64,000 bases of DNA from Pseudomonadota bacterium (GTDB lineage Bacteria; Pseudomonadota; Gammaproteobacteria; Burkholderiales; Burkholderiaceae_D): the NCBI GenBank assembly GCA_040389625.1, contig JAZJZQ010000084.1:31429-95428 (forward strand), written 5' to 3'. Of the stretch, positions 19,341 through 29,338 are shown piece after piece. A program made the translations under genes and the position numbers. The notes under the pieces were generated by a model. The model had not been told where the DNA came from, did no database searches, and worked only from the letters and a program-made list of their open reading frames with translations. How positions within the stretch are numbered: the stretch's first letter is position 1; every line of letters begins with the position of its first letter.

Positions 19341-20684
19341 ATGAGCGATATCGTGACATTTGCGACACAAGACGCGGTTGCCGCGCAAAACGGTGAGGCG
19401 GCCAATTTACCCGATGCGTTGCGCGCAGCACCCTTGCGGCCGATCCGCAAGGTCGGCGTCCTCGGGGCCGGTACCATGGGCGGCGGCATTGCCATGAACT
19501 TCGCCAATGCCGGCATACCCGTCATCATTGTCGATATGACAGCGCAGGCGCTCGAGCGCGGCCTCGCCATCGTCAGCAAGAACTATGACGCCAGCGTGAG
19601 CAAGGGCAAGCTGAGCAGGGAGGAGGCTGACGCCCGCATAGCGCTTCTGACGGGCTCGCTCGATGACCAGGAACTGGGCCACTGCGACCTGGTCATCGAA
19701 GCCGTCTATGAACATCTCGACATCAAGAAGCAGGTGGTGCGCCGCCTGGCGACGATTTGCCGGCCTGGCGCGATCTTGGCCAGCAACACGTCCACACTAG
19801 ACATCGATGTGCTGGCCGAGGAAAGCGGGCGCGCCGCCGATTTCGTCGGCATGCATTTTTTCAGCCCGGCCAATGTCATGCGCCTGCTGGAGATTGTGCG
19901 CGGCGCGCGCACCGCGCCGGACGTGCTGGCCACCGTGGTCGGCGTGGCCGGCACCATCGGCAAGGTGCCAGTGGTGTCCGGCGTTTGCTACGGCTTCATC
20001 GGCAATCGCATGTTGGAATCGTATTTGCGCGAATCGGAATTCCTGATGCTGGAGGGGATCAGTCCCGCCCGGATCGACAAGGCGATCGAGTCGCTCGGCT
20101 TGCCCATGGGGCCATGTCGCATGCTGGACTTGGCCGGTCTGGACGTAGCGGCCAAGGTGTTGATCGAGCGAGGCAAGGCTGGCGGCCTGCCGGCCGATCC
20201 TGCCTATCGGGTGGTCGTGCAGGAAATGATGCGGCTAGGCCGCTTCGGCCAGAAAACCGGCGCCGGCTATTACCGCTACGACGGCCGCACAGCGGTGAGC
20301 GATCCGGAAGTCGAGCGGATCTGCACTGCGCTGGCCGAACGGCACGGCGTGGCGCGCCGCGCCGACATCACGGACAAGGAAATCATCGAACGCTGCCTGT
20401 ACCCCTTGATCAACGAGGGGGCCAGGATACTGGAAGAGGGGATCGCCTATGGCCCTGACGATATCGATCTGGTCTGGGTAAATGGTTATGGTTTCCCGGC
20501 GCACCGTGGGGGACCTATGCGGTTGGCCGACACCGTCGGCGTCGCGAACATTGCCGATCGCCTCCGTCATTACGGCCATCTGCGTGGCGACCGCTACGGT
20601 TACTGGAGCCTGTCGCCGTTGCTGGTGGCGCTCGCGGCGCGCGGGCAAGGCTTCCGCGACTGGCAAGCTACGCCGGTGCGCTGA
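19341..20684 (+). CDS. 3-hydroxyacyl-CoA dehydrogenase (FadB/FadJ-type, hydratase domain absent)
   Basis: GAGTMGGGIA, EAVYE, SNTS, HFFSPANVMRLLE and GFIGNR motifs; duplicated C-terminal domain. Confidence 0.88.
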   Translation: MSDIVTFATQDAVAAQNGEAANLPDALRAAPLRPIRKVGVLGAGTMGGGIAMNFANAGIPVIIVDMTAQALERGLAIVSKNYDASVSKGKLSREEADARIALLTGSLDDQELGHCDLVIEAVYEHLDIKKQVVRRLATICRPGAILASNTSTLDIDVLAEESGRAADFVGMHFFSPANVMRLLEIVRGARTAPDVLATVVGVAGTIGKVPVVSGVCYGFIGNRMLESYLRESEFLMLEGISPARIDKAIESLGLPMGPCRMLDLAGLDVAAKVLIERGKAGGLPADPAYRVVVQEMMRLGRFGQKTGAGYYRYDGRTAVSDPEVERICTALAERHGVARRADITDKEIIERCLYPLINEGARILEEGIAYGPDDIDLVWVNGYGFPAHRGGPMRLADTVGVANIADRLRHYGHLRGDRYGYWSLSPLLVALAARGQGFRDWQATPVR

Positions 20685-20940
20685 GGCGATCAAGGCCAGC
20701 GTTGCGCCGGCCGCATGGGGCGCGATGGCACACCGCTCCCCAAATGCGGCGCAGCGCGGCGACCCGCGGCGCAAGATAGCTGGTTGACGCAAGACCTGGC
20801 CAGCGTGCTGCGCAAAAATGGTTGGCACCGCAGAGATTTCTTTGCTGGGTGCCATACCTTGCTGACGGCGCCGGGCTGCTGGCCGATGCACGACCGAGGT
20901 AGCAAACGTCAATCAGACATATAAAAAATTGGAGACAAAG

Positions 20941-22149
20941 ATGAAAAAGCAATTGTTGGCCGTGTTGATCGCGGCGTCCTGCGCAACGCCGGTCTTGGCG
21001 CAATCGAATGTCGCGATCTACGGGCTGGCCGATGCAGGCTTGCAGGTGTCCAACTTTGGCAACGGTCGGAAAGTCAATCTGACCAGCGGCACGGAAGGGG
21101 GCTCGCGCCTGGGCTTCAGGGGTAAGGAAGATCTGGGCGACGGCTACCACGCATTATTTACGCTGGAGGCGCGCGTTGAGCTCGACACGGGTGCACAGTC
21201 CAACGGCCTGCTGTCCACCGGCGTAAATGAAAACATCACGGCGGGGATGAGCGCGGCCGGTGCGGCGGCGGTCCGGAGCCATACGCCGACCACCATCGTC
21301 AATTCCGCCGGCGCCTTGTTCGATCGCCAGTCGTTCGCTGGCCTGGATACGCCGTACGGCATGATCCTGCTCGGCCGCCAATACACGCCCGGTGTGGAGG
21401 TGTTCGCCCTTAGTGACGTGTTCGATCTGGGCACCACCGGCACCTGGCTCAACCTGGTGATGGGCGATGCGGGCGTGTCCGCGCCCGGTATCGCGCTGCG
21501 TGCCAACCAGGCGTTGCAATATCGCCTGCAATTGCCAAGCGGCGTAGGCGTGTCGGCCATGTATGGATTCAACAACACGGGATCGCTCAATTTGGCCAAG
21601 CGCTTTGCCGGCGGCAATGTGCGCTACCGCGCCAATGGTATCGACGCCGGTATCGGCTACAACCGGGAGCAGGATCAGGTCGGCAATCAGGCGCTGACGT
21701 CGCTGACGGCGGGTGGGTCATACGTCGCGGGCGATGCGAAATTCTTCGCCGGTTATCACCGCATGAAGAGCGACCACAGCGCGTTCGGCCGGGCCTTGGC
21801 GCCGCTGCTGACCACGCCGGGCGACGCCGCGGCGCTGTTTTCTAACCTGAAACTCGATGGGGCGCTCTATACCATCGGCATGCACTACCGGATTGGCGTC
21901 GACCGTGTCATGGTGGGCATCAACCATCTCAACGACAAGCTGTCGACCAACGGCGACGCGACATTATTCGCCGTGGGCTACGATCATTTCCTGTCCAAGC
22001 GCACGAATCTGTACGCGGTGGTGGCCCATGTCAGCAACCATGGCGCGGCCCAGTATGCCCTCGGTGGTGGCGGTTACTTCGGCGGCTCCACCTCGAAACG
22101 GGGACAGGATGGCAACGCGTTGCAACTGGGGATGCGGCACCAGTTTTAA
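20941..22149 (+). CDS. Gram-negative porin (betaproteobacterial OmpC-like)
   Basis: Signal peptide, AQSNVAIYG, SRLGFRGKEDLG, FDRQSFAGL, LSKRTNLY; ends GMRHQF. Confidence 0.93.
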   Translation: MKKQLLAVLIAASCATPVLAQSNVAIYGLADAGLQVSNFGNGRKVNLTSGTEGGSRLGFRGKEDLGDGYHALFTLEARVELDTGAQSNGLLSTGVNENITAGMSAAGAAAVRSHTPTTIVNSAGALFDRQSFAGLDTPYGMILLGRQYTPGVEVFALSDVFDLGTTGTWLNLVMGDAGVSAPGIALRANQALQYRLQLPSGVGVSAMYGFNNTGSLNLAKRFAGGNVRYRANGIDAGIGYNREQDQVGNQALTSLTAGGSYVAGDAKFFAGYHRMKSDHSAFGRALAPLLTTPGDAAALFSNLKLDGALYTIGMHYRIGVDRVMVGINHLNDKLSTNGDATLFAVGYDHFLSKRTNLYAVVAHVSNHGAAQYALGGGGYFGGSTSKRGQDGNALQLGMRHQF

Positions 22150-22371
22150 GCCGGGTGAGTGGCATTTCCCTGCGCGGTGCGAGGAACAACTGGCTTCGTC
22201 CGCCGCTTGCTTTTACTCCTGATGATCAGCGGCTCGGCCTCGATGGGGGGCTGTGCCGGTGACTCTGAAACTGCAGCAGGGAGTCGGAATGCGGTTCGCG
22301 TCGACGGCCGGGCCGTGCCGGACACCATGAAGTTTGAGAACAGCGCGGTCAATGTGCTTAGTTGCAACGCT

Positions 22372-23277
22372 TCAGTCCGAGCCGGCCTTGCGCAAGTGCG
22401 TCAATAATTTACCGGCTTCCGGCAAAAGCGCCGGTTCGGATTTAACGCCCAGCCATAGTGTGCGGGAAGCCCAGGCGTCACGCAGCGGAATGGCGCGCAA
22501 TCCGGCGCTCAGCATCTCAGGCCGCACCGCACCGTCTGGCAGCACGCCAATGCCCAAGCCCGCCTCTATCATGCAGAAAATGCCGTCAAAGCTGCTGACC
22601 TGGATGCGCAAGCGGAGCGGCTTGTCGTGAACGAGTGATGCGTCGATCAATCGCTGGAGAAGCGAACTACCCTGGTTAAGGCCAACAAAGTCATAATCAA
22701 GCGCTTCGGCAAAATGCAGTTCGGGCAGGGATGCCAGCGGATGATCCGCACGCATCAGGAGCACCAGCTTGTCTCTGCGGTAGAGAAATTTCTCCAGGCC
22801 ACGGGTCGGCACGTTGTCCGCAAAAATGCCAAGATCGGCTTCGCCGGTGATGACCGCGTTGACGATCTGATCGCTGAGTTTCTCCTCCAGGCCGATGCGT
22901 ATCAACGGTTGCTCGCGCAAGAAGGCGGCAAGATCGTAAGGGAGGAATTGAATAATGGCTGAAGTGTTGGCCCAAATTCTCACGTGGCCGCGCACCCCGA
23001 TGGCGAAGTCCTCCATTTCACCGGCCATCCGATTCACCGTGTCGAGCACGCTGCGAGCGTGCTGCGCCAGTTGCTGGCCTGCCGATGTCAATTCGAGTCC
23101 GCGCGGCATGCGCAGAAACAAGGGGCAATCGACAACACGCTCCAGTTCGGCAATCCGCTTGCTCAGCGCCGATAAAGTCATGTGCGTCTTATCTGTCGCC
23201 TTGGTCAGGCTGCCTGTTTGTGCGACTAGCAGAAAGATGCGCAGCGATTGCAGATCGAAATGGTTGGGGTTGATCAC
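22372..23277 (-). CDS. LysR-family regulator
   Basis: FDLQSLRIF...GSLTKA...LSALSKRIAELE HTH and GHVRIWANTSA; probable GTG start at 23277. Confidence 0.92.
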   Translation of the reverse strand: MINPNHFDLQSLRIFLLVAQTGSLTKATDKTHMTLSALSKRIAELERVVDCPLFLRMPRGLELTSAGQQLAQHARSVLDTVNRMAGEMEDFAIGVRGHVRIWANTSAIIQFLPYDLAAFLREQPLIRIGLEEKLSDQIVNAVITGEADLGIFADNVPTRGLEKFLYRRDKLVLLMRADHPLASLPELHFAEALDYDFVGLNQGSSLLQRLIDASLVHDKPLRLRIQVSSFDGIFCMIEAGLGIGVLPDGAVRPEMLSAGLRAIPLRDAWASRTLWLGVKSEPALLPEAGKLLTHLRKAGSD

Positions 23278-23687
23278 GGCATCAGTCAGAGGAGGGGGGG
23301 CCGAACTGGGCAGTCGGTATTGGCCGAGGTTAGTAGACGGAGTTGGTTTTGTCAAACAATGGCAACAGTTGTTTGGGGGGGGAGGACGCCTCCAACATGA
23401 CGAGCACGCAACTATCGTGGGGCGGGCGCCGTCGAGGAAGCGCTGGTATTCCTGATTGGAAAGGATATTTGAGCATACGGAAATTGTCGGCATCTGTTGG
23501 CCGCCAGTAACCTTATGCGAAACGCTGCCGTATTGGCTACCGGAAATGAACGCTTCTCGCGGGTCATTGGAACGGACGCCAGCATGCAGCAGTCCGCTGC
23601 GCTCGGGCATCTAATGAGCGCGTTCCACTCTTGGTGTCATCTTCTTCCGGCGCCATCCATCCCGACATTCGCCCACCCCACTACGCT

Positions 23688-25298
23688 ATGCATACACTTC
23701 ATTCGATCCGTATTTCCACCCGTCTTGCTACCGGCTTCGCGCTGCTATTGCTTTTGTCGATCGCCGGCATCGCCATATCGCTCTCTGCCGCATGGGAAAA
23801 TGCCGCCGCAAGCAAGAAAATGATGGCGTTGCCGCTTGCGAAGGAAAGGCTGCTCTCCGACTGGGTGAGCTCCCAGGCGGCGGCGATGGTGCGAACGACG
23901 GTGATCGCCCGCAGTGCCGACTTGACGCTAGCGGTGGCGTTCAAAGAGGAGATGGCGGCATCGGTCACGGCGGGGACCGAATTGGTCAAGCGCGTGGAGG
24001 CGTTGCTGGCCTCGGATGAGGAACGGCTGCTGTTCAACGAAATTGTTGCCTTACGCGCCAAATTTCAGACGGCCAAAAAAGAGATCATGCAGCTGCATGC
24101 GCAAGGCAATGGCGTCGAAGCGGCACGGTTTTACGACGCCGTCTTCGCCCCTGCCAGCAAAGCGTACGCCAGCCGGGTACGCGACTTGCTAACCATGCAA
24201 CGTCTGCAGATCGATCAAATGGCAACCGACATCGAACGCGCGAACGTACGCGCCATTAAGGAGACCTTGGTGCTGGCGGCACTGGTGGTGTCGGCGGGGG
24301 TGTTCGGGGCATGGTATCTCGCGCGCAGCATCACCATACCGCTACGGAACGCCGTGCAGGTGGCCGCCAAGGTGGCGGCCGGTGATCTGACTGTCGTCAT
24401 CGATACGCGCGCAAAGGATGAGCTGGGCGACTTGATGCGGGCATTGGCGACCATGTGCTCGTCGTTGGGAGAAATCGTTCAACAGGTACAGACCGGGGCG
24501 GAGGCGATCGCCACGGCGGCCGATGAAATTTCGACAGGAAATTCGGATTTATCCAACCGCACCGAGCAGCAGGCCGGGTCGTTGGAGGAGACCGCCGCCT
24601 CCATCGAGGAATTAACAGCGGCGGTCCGCCAGAATGCCGAGCATGCACAGCACGCGAATGCGCTTGCGGCGGCCGCTTCCGACGTTGCGCGACGTGGAGG
24701 CATCGTGGTGACGCAAGTTGTGGAAACGATGGGGACCATTCATGCGTCGGCGAGGCAGATCGTGGACATCATCGCGGTCATTGACAGCATCGCCTTCCAG
24801 ACCAATATCCTGGCGCTCAATGCCGCCGTCGAGGCGGCCAGGGCGGGGGAGCAAGGGCAAGGGTTCGCCGTGGTGGCGGCCGAGGTGAGAAGTCTTGCTC
24901 AAAAGTCGGCCACCGCGGCGAAGGAAATCAAAACCTTGATCGGCGCCTCGGTCGAGCAGATCAACGCAGGGGCGACGCTGGTCGACCAGGCGGGTGTCAC
25001 TATGGGCGACGTCGTCGGCAGCGTGCAGAACGTGACGGCAATCATGGGCGAGATCCTGGTAGCGAGCAGGGAGCAGAGCGCAGGTATCGATCAGGTCAAC
25101 CGTGCGGTGATCGAGATGGACGAGACCACGCAGCACAATGCGGCGCTGGTGGAGCAGGCTGCGGCGGCCGCGCAGAGTATGCGGGAACAGACCGATACGT
25201 TGGCGAGCCTGGTCAGTACTTTTACCTTGCCCGCAAGGCAGGGAAGCGAAGTTCGATCAGTGAATTCTTTGGTTTTCCTGGCGGGAAAGGCGGGTTGA
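23688..25298 (+). CDS. Methyl-accepting chemotaxis protein (4-helix-bundle sensor)
   Basis: Two TM segments, HAMP (DELGDL) and [30 protein letters not shown] signature. Confidence 0.95.
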   Translation: MHTLHSIRISTRLATGFALLLLLSIAGIAISLSAAWENAAASKKMMALPLAKERLLSDWVSSQAAAMVRTTVIARSADLTLAVAFKEEMAASVTAGTELVKRVEALLASDEERLLFNEIVALRAKFQTAKKEIMQLHAQGNGVEAARFYDAVFAPASKAYASRVRDLLTMQRLQIDQMATDIERANVRAIKETLVLAALVVSAGVFGAWYLARSITIPLRNAVQVAAKVAAGDLTVVIDTRAKDELGDLMRALATMCSSLGEIVQQVQTGAEAIATAADEISTGNSDLSNRTEQQAGSLEETAASIEELTAAVRQNAEHAQHANALAAAASDVARRGGIVVTQVVETMGTIHASARQIVDIIAVIDSIAFQTNILALNAAVEAARAGEQGQGFAVVAAEVRSLAQKSATAAKEIKTLIGASVEQINAGATLVDQAGVTMGDVVGSVQNVTAIMGEILVASREQSAGIDQVNRAVIEMDETTQHNAALVEQAAAAAQSMREQTDTLASLVSTFTLPARQGSEVRSVNSLVFLAGKAG

Positions 25299-25373
25299 GG
25301 AAACAGCGATTATCAGGGAATGCCTTTGCTTCTAAGATGCTTTCAGAACAGCATGACTTATGAGGAGACGTTC

Positions 25374-26564
25374 ATGATAAAACCATTGGAAGGCTTGCGC
25401 GTGATCGAGCTGGGCCAGTTGATCGCAGGGCCGTTCGCCGCCAAGATGCTGGCCGAGTTCGGTGCAGAGGTCATCAAGATCGAGCCGCCCGGCACAGGTG
25501 ATCCACTGCGCAAATGGCGCCTGCTGCACGAAGGGACTTCCGTCTGGTGGGCAGCGCAGTCGCGCAACAAGCAATCCGTGACGCTCGACCTGCGCTCGGA
25601 AGAGGGGCAGGAGGTGATCCGTACGCTGGTCCGGGAAAGTGATGTCCTGATCGAAAATTTCCGCCCCGGCACGATGGAAGGATGGGGGCTGGGCTGGGAT
25701 GCGCTGCACGCGCTCAACCCGCGCCTGGTCATGTTGCGGGTGTCGGGCTATGGCCAGGACGGTCCGTATCGCGACCGCCCCGGCTTCGGGGTGGTGGGCG
25801 AGGCGATGGGCGGCTTGCGTCATCTGAGTGGTGAGCCTGGCCGCACGCCGGTGCGGGTCGGCGTCTCCATCGGTGACTCGCTGTCGGCCCTGCATGGCGT
25901 GATCGGCGTCCTGCTGGCGTTGCGCCACCGCGACCAGCATGGTGGCCAAGGCCAGATGATCGATGTGGCCCTGTACGAGTCGGTCTTCAACATGATGGAA
26001 AGCTTGTTGCCGGAATATTCGGTGTTTGGTGCGGTACGTGCGCCGGCCGGCAGCAGCTTGCCGGGCATCGCCCCGACCAATGCCTATCAGTGCGCGGATG
26101 GCAAGTATGCCCTGATTGCAGGCAATGGCGATGGCATATTCCGGCGCTTGATGGACGTGATCGAGCGCCCCGACCTGCGTGACGAGCCTGCGCTGGCCAG
26201 CAACGACGGGCGCGTCCAGCATGTCGCGCGACTCGATGCCGCCATCGGCGCCTGGACCGCGCAGCGCAGCCTGGACGAGACGCTGGCGGCCTTGAATGGC
26301 GCCGGCATTCCGGCGGGCCGCATCTACGACATCGCCGACATCGCGGCCGATCCCCACTACCGGGCCCGCGACATGATCCTCGACGCCGAACTGGACGACG
26401 GCACGCCGGTGCAACTGCCCGGCATCCTGCCCAAACTGAGTGCGACGCCGGGCAGCGTGCGCCGACCGGCGCCGCGGCTGGGCCAGCATACCGACGAGGT
26501 ACTGGCCGGTATCGGTATCGATAGCTCCACCCGCGCGGCATGGCGCCAGCGCGGCATCATCTGA
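25374..26564 (+). CDS. Family III (CaiB/BaiF) CoA-transferase
   Basis: PLEGLRVIELG, AEVIKIEPP, RNKQSVTLDL, ENFRPG, SGYGQDGP and catalytic Asp in SIGDS. Confidence 0.94.
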   Translation: MIKPLEGLRVIELGQLIAGPFAAKMLAEFGAEVIKIEPPGTGDPLRKWRLLHEGTSVWWAAQSRNKQSVTLDLRSEEGQEVIRTLVRESDVLIENFRPGTMEGWGLGWDALHALNPRLVMLRVSGYGQDGPYRDRPGFGVVGEAMGGLRHLSGEPGRTPVRVGVSIGDSLSALHGVIGVLLALRHRDQHGGQGQMIDVALYESVFNMMESLLPEYSVFGAVRAPAGSSLPGIAPTNAYQCADGKYALIAGNGDGIFRRLMDVIERPDLRDEPALASNDGRVQHVARLDAAIGAWTAQRSLDETLAALNGAGIPAGRIYDIADIAADPHYRARDMILDAELDDGTPVQLPGILPKLSATPGSVRRPAPRLGQHTDEVLAGIGIDSSTRAAWRQRGII

Positions 26565-26577
26565 ACAGGAATCCATT

Positions 26578-27531
26578 ATGAGCAAGCAGCGTTTATACAT
26601 ACAGGAAGTGGCCACGCGCGACGGTTTTCAGAACGAGGCGGCCTATGTCGACACCGACGCCAAGATCGCCCTGATCGACCATCTGAGCGGCTGCGGCTAT
26701 GCCAAGATCGAGGTGACGTCGTTTACGTCGCCCAGGGCCATTCCGGCACTGCGCGATGCGGAGGCGGTGATGCACCAGATCCAGCGCCGCGAGGGTGTCA
26801 TCTATACCGTGCTGGTGCCAAACATCCGCGGCGCCGAGCGGGCCTTGTCGTGCAATGTCGACGAGGTCAATCTGGTGATGTCGGTCAGTGAAAGCCATAA
26901 CCGCACCAATTTGCGGATGACACGCGAACAGTCGTTCGCGCAGCTGCGCGAGGTCATCGGCGTCGTACGCACCAGTCCGGTGGCGATCAACGTGTCGCTG
27001 TCGACGGCGATGGGGTGCCCGATGGAAGGCGACATTCCGGCGGCGACCGTGCTGGAGTGGATGCAACGTTTTGCCGACCTCGGCGTCGACGGTGTGACCT
27101 TGTGCGACACCACCGGCATGGCCTATCCGGCGCAAGTGGCCGCCCTCAGTGCAGCGGCCCGTGCGCGCTTCCCCCAGCTTCAGCTGACCCAGCATTTCCA
27201 CAATACGCGCGGCCTCGCACTGGCCAATACGCAGGCAGCGCTGGCCGCCGGTATCGACCGCTTCGACGCGTCGCTCGGCGGTCTCGGTGGTTGTCCTTAC
27301 GCCCCGGGGGCGACCGGCAACGTTTGCACCGAGGAGCTTGTGCACATGCTGGAACTGGAGGGCTATGACACCGGCATCAACCTGGGCGGTATTCTGGCTG
27401 CGGCGGCGCACTTGCCGGAACTGATCGGGCACGATGTGCCCAGCCAGTTGTTGAAAGCGGGAACCCGCCTGAGCTTGCATCCCATGCCGCAGGGCGACGC
27501 CGGCATGCCGGTGCAACAGGCATTCAACTAA
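26578..27531 (+). CDS. HMG-CoA lyase family (DRE-TIM) 3-hydroxyacyl-CoA lyase
   Basis: EVATRDGFQNE, CDTTGMA, HFHNTRG and GGLGGCPYAPGATGNVCTE motifs. Confidence 0.92.
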   Translation: MSKQRLYIQEVATRDGFQNEAAYVDTDAKIALIDHLSGCGYAKIEVTSFTSPRAIPALRDAEAVMHQIQRREGVIYTVLVPNIRGAERALSCNVDEVNLVMSVSESHNRTNLRMTREQSFAQLREVIGVVRTSPVAINVSLSTAMGCPMEGDIPAATVLEWMQRFADLGVDGVTLCDTTGMAYPAQVAALSAAARARFPQLQLTQHFHNTRGLALANTQAALAAGIDRFDASLGGLGGCPYAPGATGNVCTEELVHMLELEGYDTGINLGGILAAAAHLPELIGHDVPSQLLKAGTRLSLHPMPQGDAGMPVQQAFN

Positions 27532-27541
27532 GGGGGACAAG

Positions 27542-27928
27542 ATGGCCTTCATCGATAGTCTGGATCACCTGGTCCTCACTTGCGTGGACCAGGATGCCAC
27601 CTTGCGCTTCTACACGGAGGTGTTGCAGATGCAGCTGGAGACTTTCGGCAACGGCCGCATGGCCTTTCGCTTTGGAAACCAGAAAATCAACCTGCATCAT
27701 CGGGGCAGCGAATTCGAACCGAAGGCGCATCTGCCCGTGCCGGGCGCACTGGATTTGTGTTTCATCGCCGCCGTGCCGCTCGATGCCGTGATCTCGCATC
27801 TGCGCGATTGCCGCTGGCCCATCATCGAGGGACCGGTTGAACGGACCGGCGCCACCGGCAAGATCCGCTCGGTCTATGTGCGTGATCCGGACCTGAACCT
27901 GATCGAGATAGCGGAGCGCATGCCGTAG
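27542..27928 (+). CDS. VOC/glyoxalase family protein (GLOD5/PA0880/STM3117-like)
   Basis: LDHLVLT, FGNQKINLH, EPKA, DLCF and GPVERTGATGKIRSVYVRDPDLNLIE motifs. Confidence 0.9.
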   Translation: MAFIDSLDHLVLTCVDQDATLRFYTEVLQMQLETFGNGRMAFRFGNQKINLHHRGSEFEPKAHLPVPGALDLCFIAAVPLDAVISHLRDCRWPIIEGPVERTGATGKIRSVYVRDPDLNLIEIAERMP

Positions 27929-27977
27929 CAAATCGTGTCGGTCGTGAAATTCATAACAATTTTTGGAGACAAGTCAA

Positions 27978-29300
27978 ATGAACAGCATTGCACAAATTGG
28001 CGAGCCGCCGGTGCCACCGGTCATCGCAGCAAAGCGCAAGAAATGGTGGCAGCAACTTTATATTCAGGTCGTTGCCGCGGTCATCCTGGGCATCTTGCTG
28101 GGCCATTTCTATCCCTCGACGGCGGCGGCGATGAAGCCGCTTGGCGATAATTTCCTCAAGCTCGTCAAATTGATGGTCGCCCCGTTGATTTTCTGCACGG
28201 TGGTGCATGGCATCGCCAGCATGACCGACATCAAGGCCGTCGGGCGTATCGGGCTGAAGTCGCTGATCTATTTTGAAGTGATGACGACCTTTGCGTTGAT
28301 CATCGGCTTGTTGATGGTCAATTTACTCCAACCCGGCAGCGCCATGCACGTCAATCCGGCCACGTTGGATGCCACCGCGATTGAAGGTTTCACCAAGGCG
28401 GCCCATGACCAGACCGTGGTGGGCTTCCTGTCGCACGTTATCCCGAAGACGGTGTTTGGCGCGTTCGCCGAGGGGGACCTGCTGCAGGTGCTGTTCATTT
28501 CCATCATCTTCGCGTTCGGTCTGCAAATGTTGGGCGAGGCGGGCAAACCGATGTTGAAGGTGATCGACGTCGGCGCCCAGACCTTCTTCAACATGGTGCG
28601 CATGGTGATGGTGGTATCGCCCATCGGCGCGTTCGGCGCGATCGCCTTCACGATAGGCCAGTACGGCGTCGGTTCACTGGCCTCGTATGGCAGGCTGCTG
28701 GGCACCTATTACATCACGGCGGCCTTGTTCGTCGTCATCGTGTTGGGCCTGACCTGCCGGCTCGCGGGCTTTAGCCTGCTCAAACTGCTGAAGTATATCC
28801 GCGACGAGTTGCTGATCGTGCTGGGTACGTCCTCTTCCGAATCGGTGCTGCCGCGGATCATGGCGAAACTGGAACGTCTGGGCTGCGACAAATCCGCCGT
28901 AGGCCTGGTGGTTCCGGCCGGATACTCCTTCAACCTCGACGGCAGTTGCATCAACATGACGGTGCTGGCCATTTTCATTGCCCAGGCCACCGATACCTTC
29001 CTCTCGTTCGGACAACAGGTGACGCTGCTGCTGGTGCTCCTGCTGGCCTCCAAGGGCGCGGCCAGCGTCAGCGGCGGTGCGTTCGTCGTGCTGGCGGCCA
29101 CCCTTGGTTCCGTGCCCGGCTTCCCTGTGGCAGGCCTGGTGCTGGTGCTCGGCGTCTATCGCTTCATTTCCGAAGGGGGCGCCATCGTCAACGTCATCGG
29201 CAATACCGTTGCCACCATCGTGATCTCGAAATGGGAAGGCGTGTTGGACGAAGCGACGTTCCGTCGAGAACTCGACAGGGCGCCAGTCGCGGTGGCCTGA
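27978..29300 (+). CDS. dctA: C4-dicarboxylate:cation symporter (DctA family)
   Basis: LYIQV, FLKLVKLMVAPLIF, LGTSSSESVLP and GYSFNLDG motifs. Confidence 0.9.
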   Translation: MNSIAQIGEPPVPPVIAAKRKKWWQQLYIQVVAAVILGILLGHFYPSTAAAMKPLGDNFLKLVKLMVAPLIFCTVVHGIASMTDIKAVGRIGLKSLIYFEVMTTFALIIGLLMVNLLQPGSAMHVNPATLDATAIEGFTKAAHDQTVVGFLSHVIPKTVFGAFAEGDLLQVLFISIIFAFGLQMLGEAGKPMLKVIDVGAQTFFNMVRMVMVVSPIGAFGAIAFTIGQYGVGSLASYGRLLGTYYITAALFVVIVLGLTCRLAGFSLLKLLKYIRDELLIVLGTSSSESVLPRIMAKLERLGCDKSAVGLVVPAGYSFNLDGSCINMTVLAIFIAQATDTFLSFGQQVTLLLVLLLASKGAASVSGGAFVVLAATLGSVPGFPVAGLVLVLGVYRFISEGGAIVNVIGNTVATIVISKWEGVLDEATFRRELDRAPVAVA

Positions 29301-29338
29301 TCGTATTGCATTGTAAATTTTTGAAAGCGTGAACTCCC

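Noticed and set aside
23278-23610. 111-aa N-terminal extension of the LysR ORF
   Set aside because: The LysR HTH starts near 23277; the extension spans an AT-rich divergent promoter region
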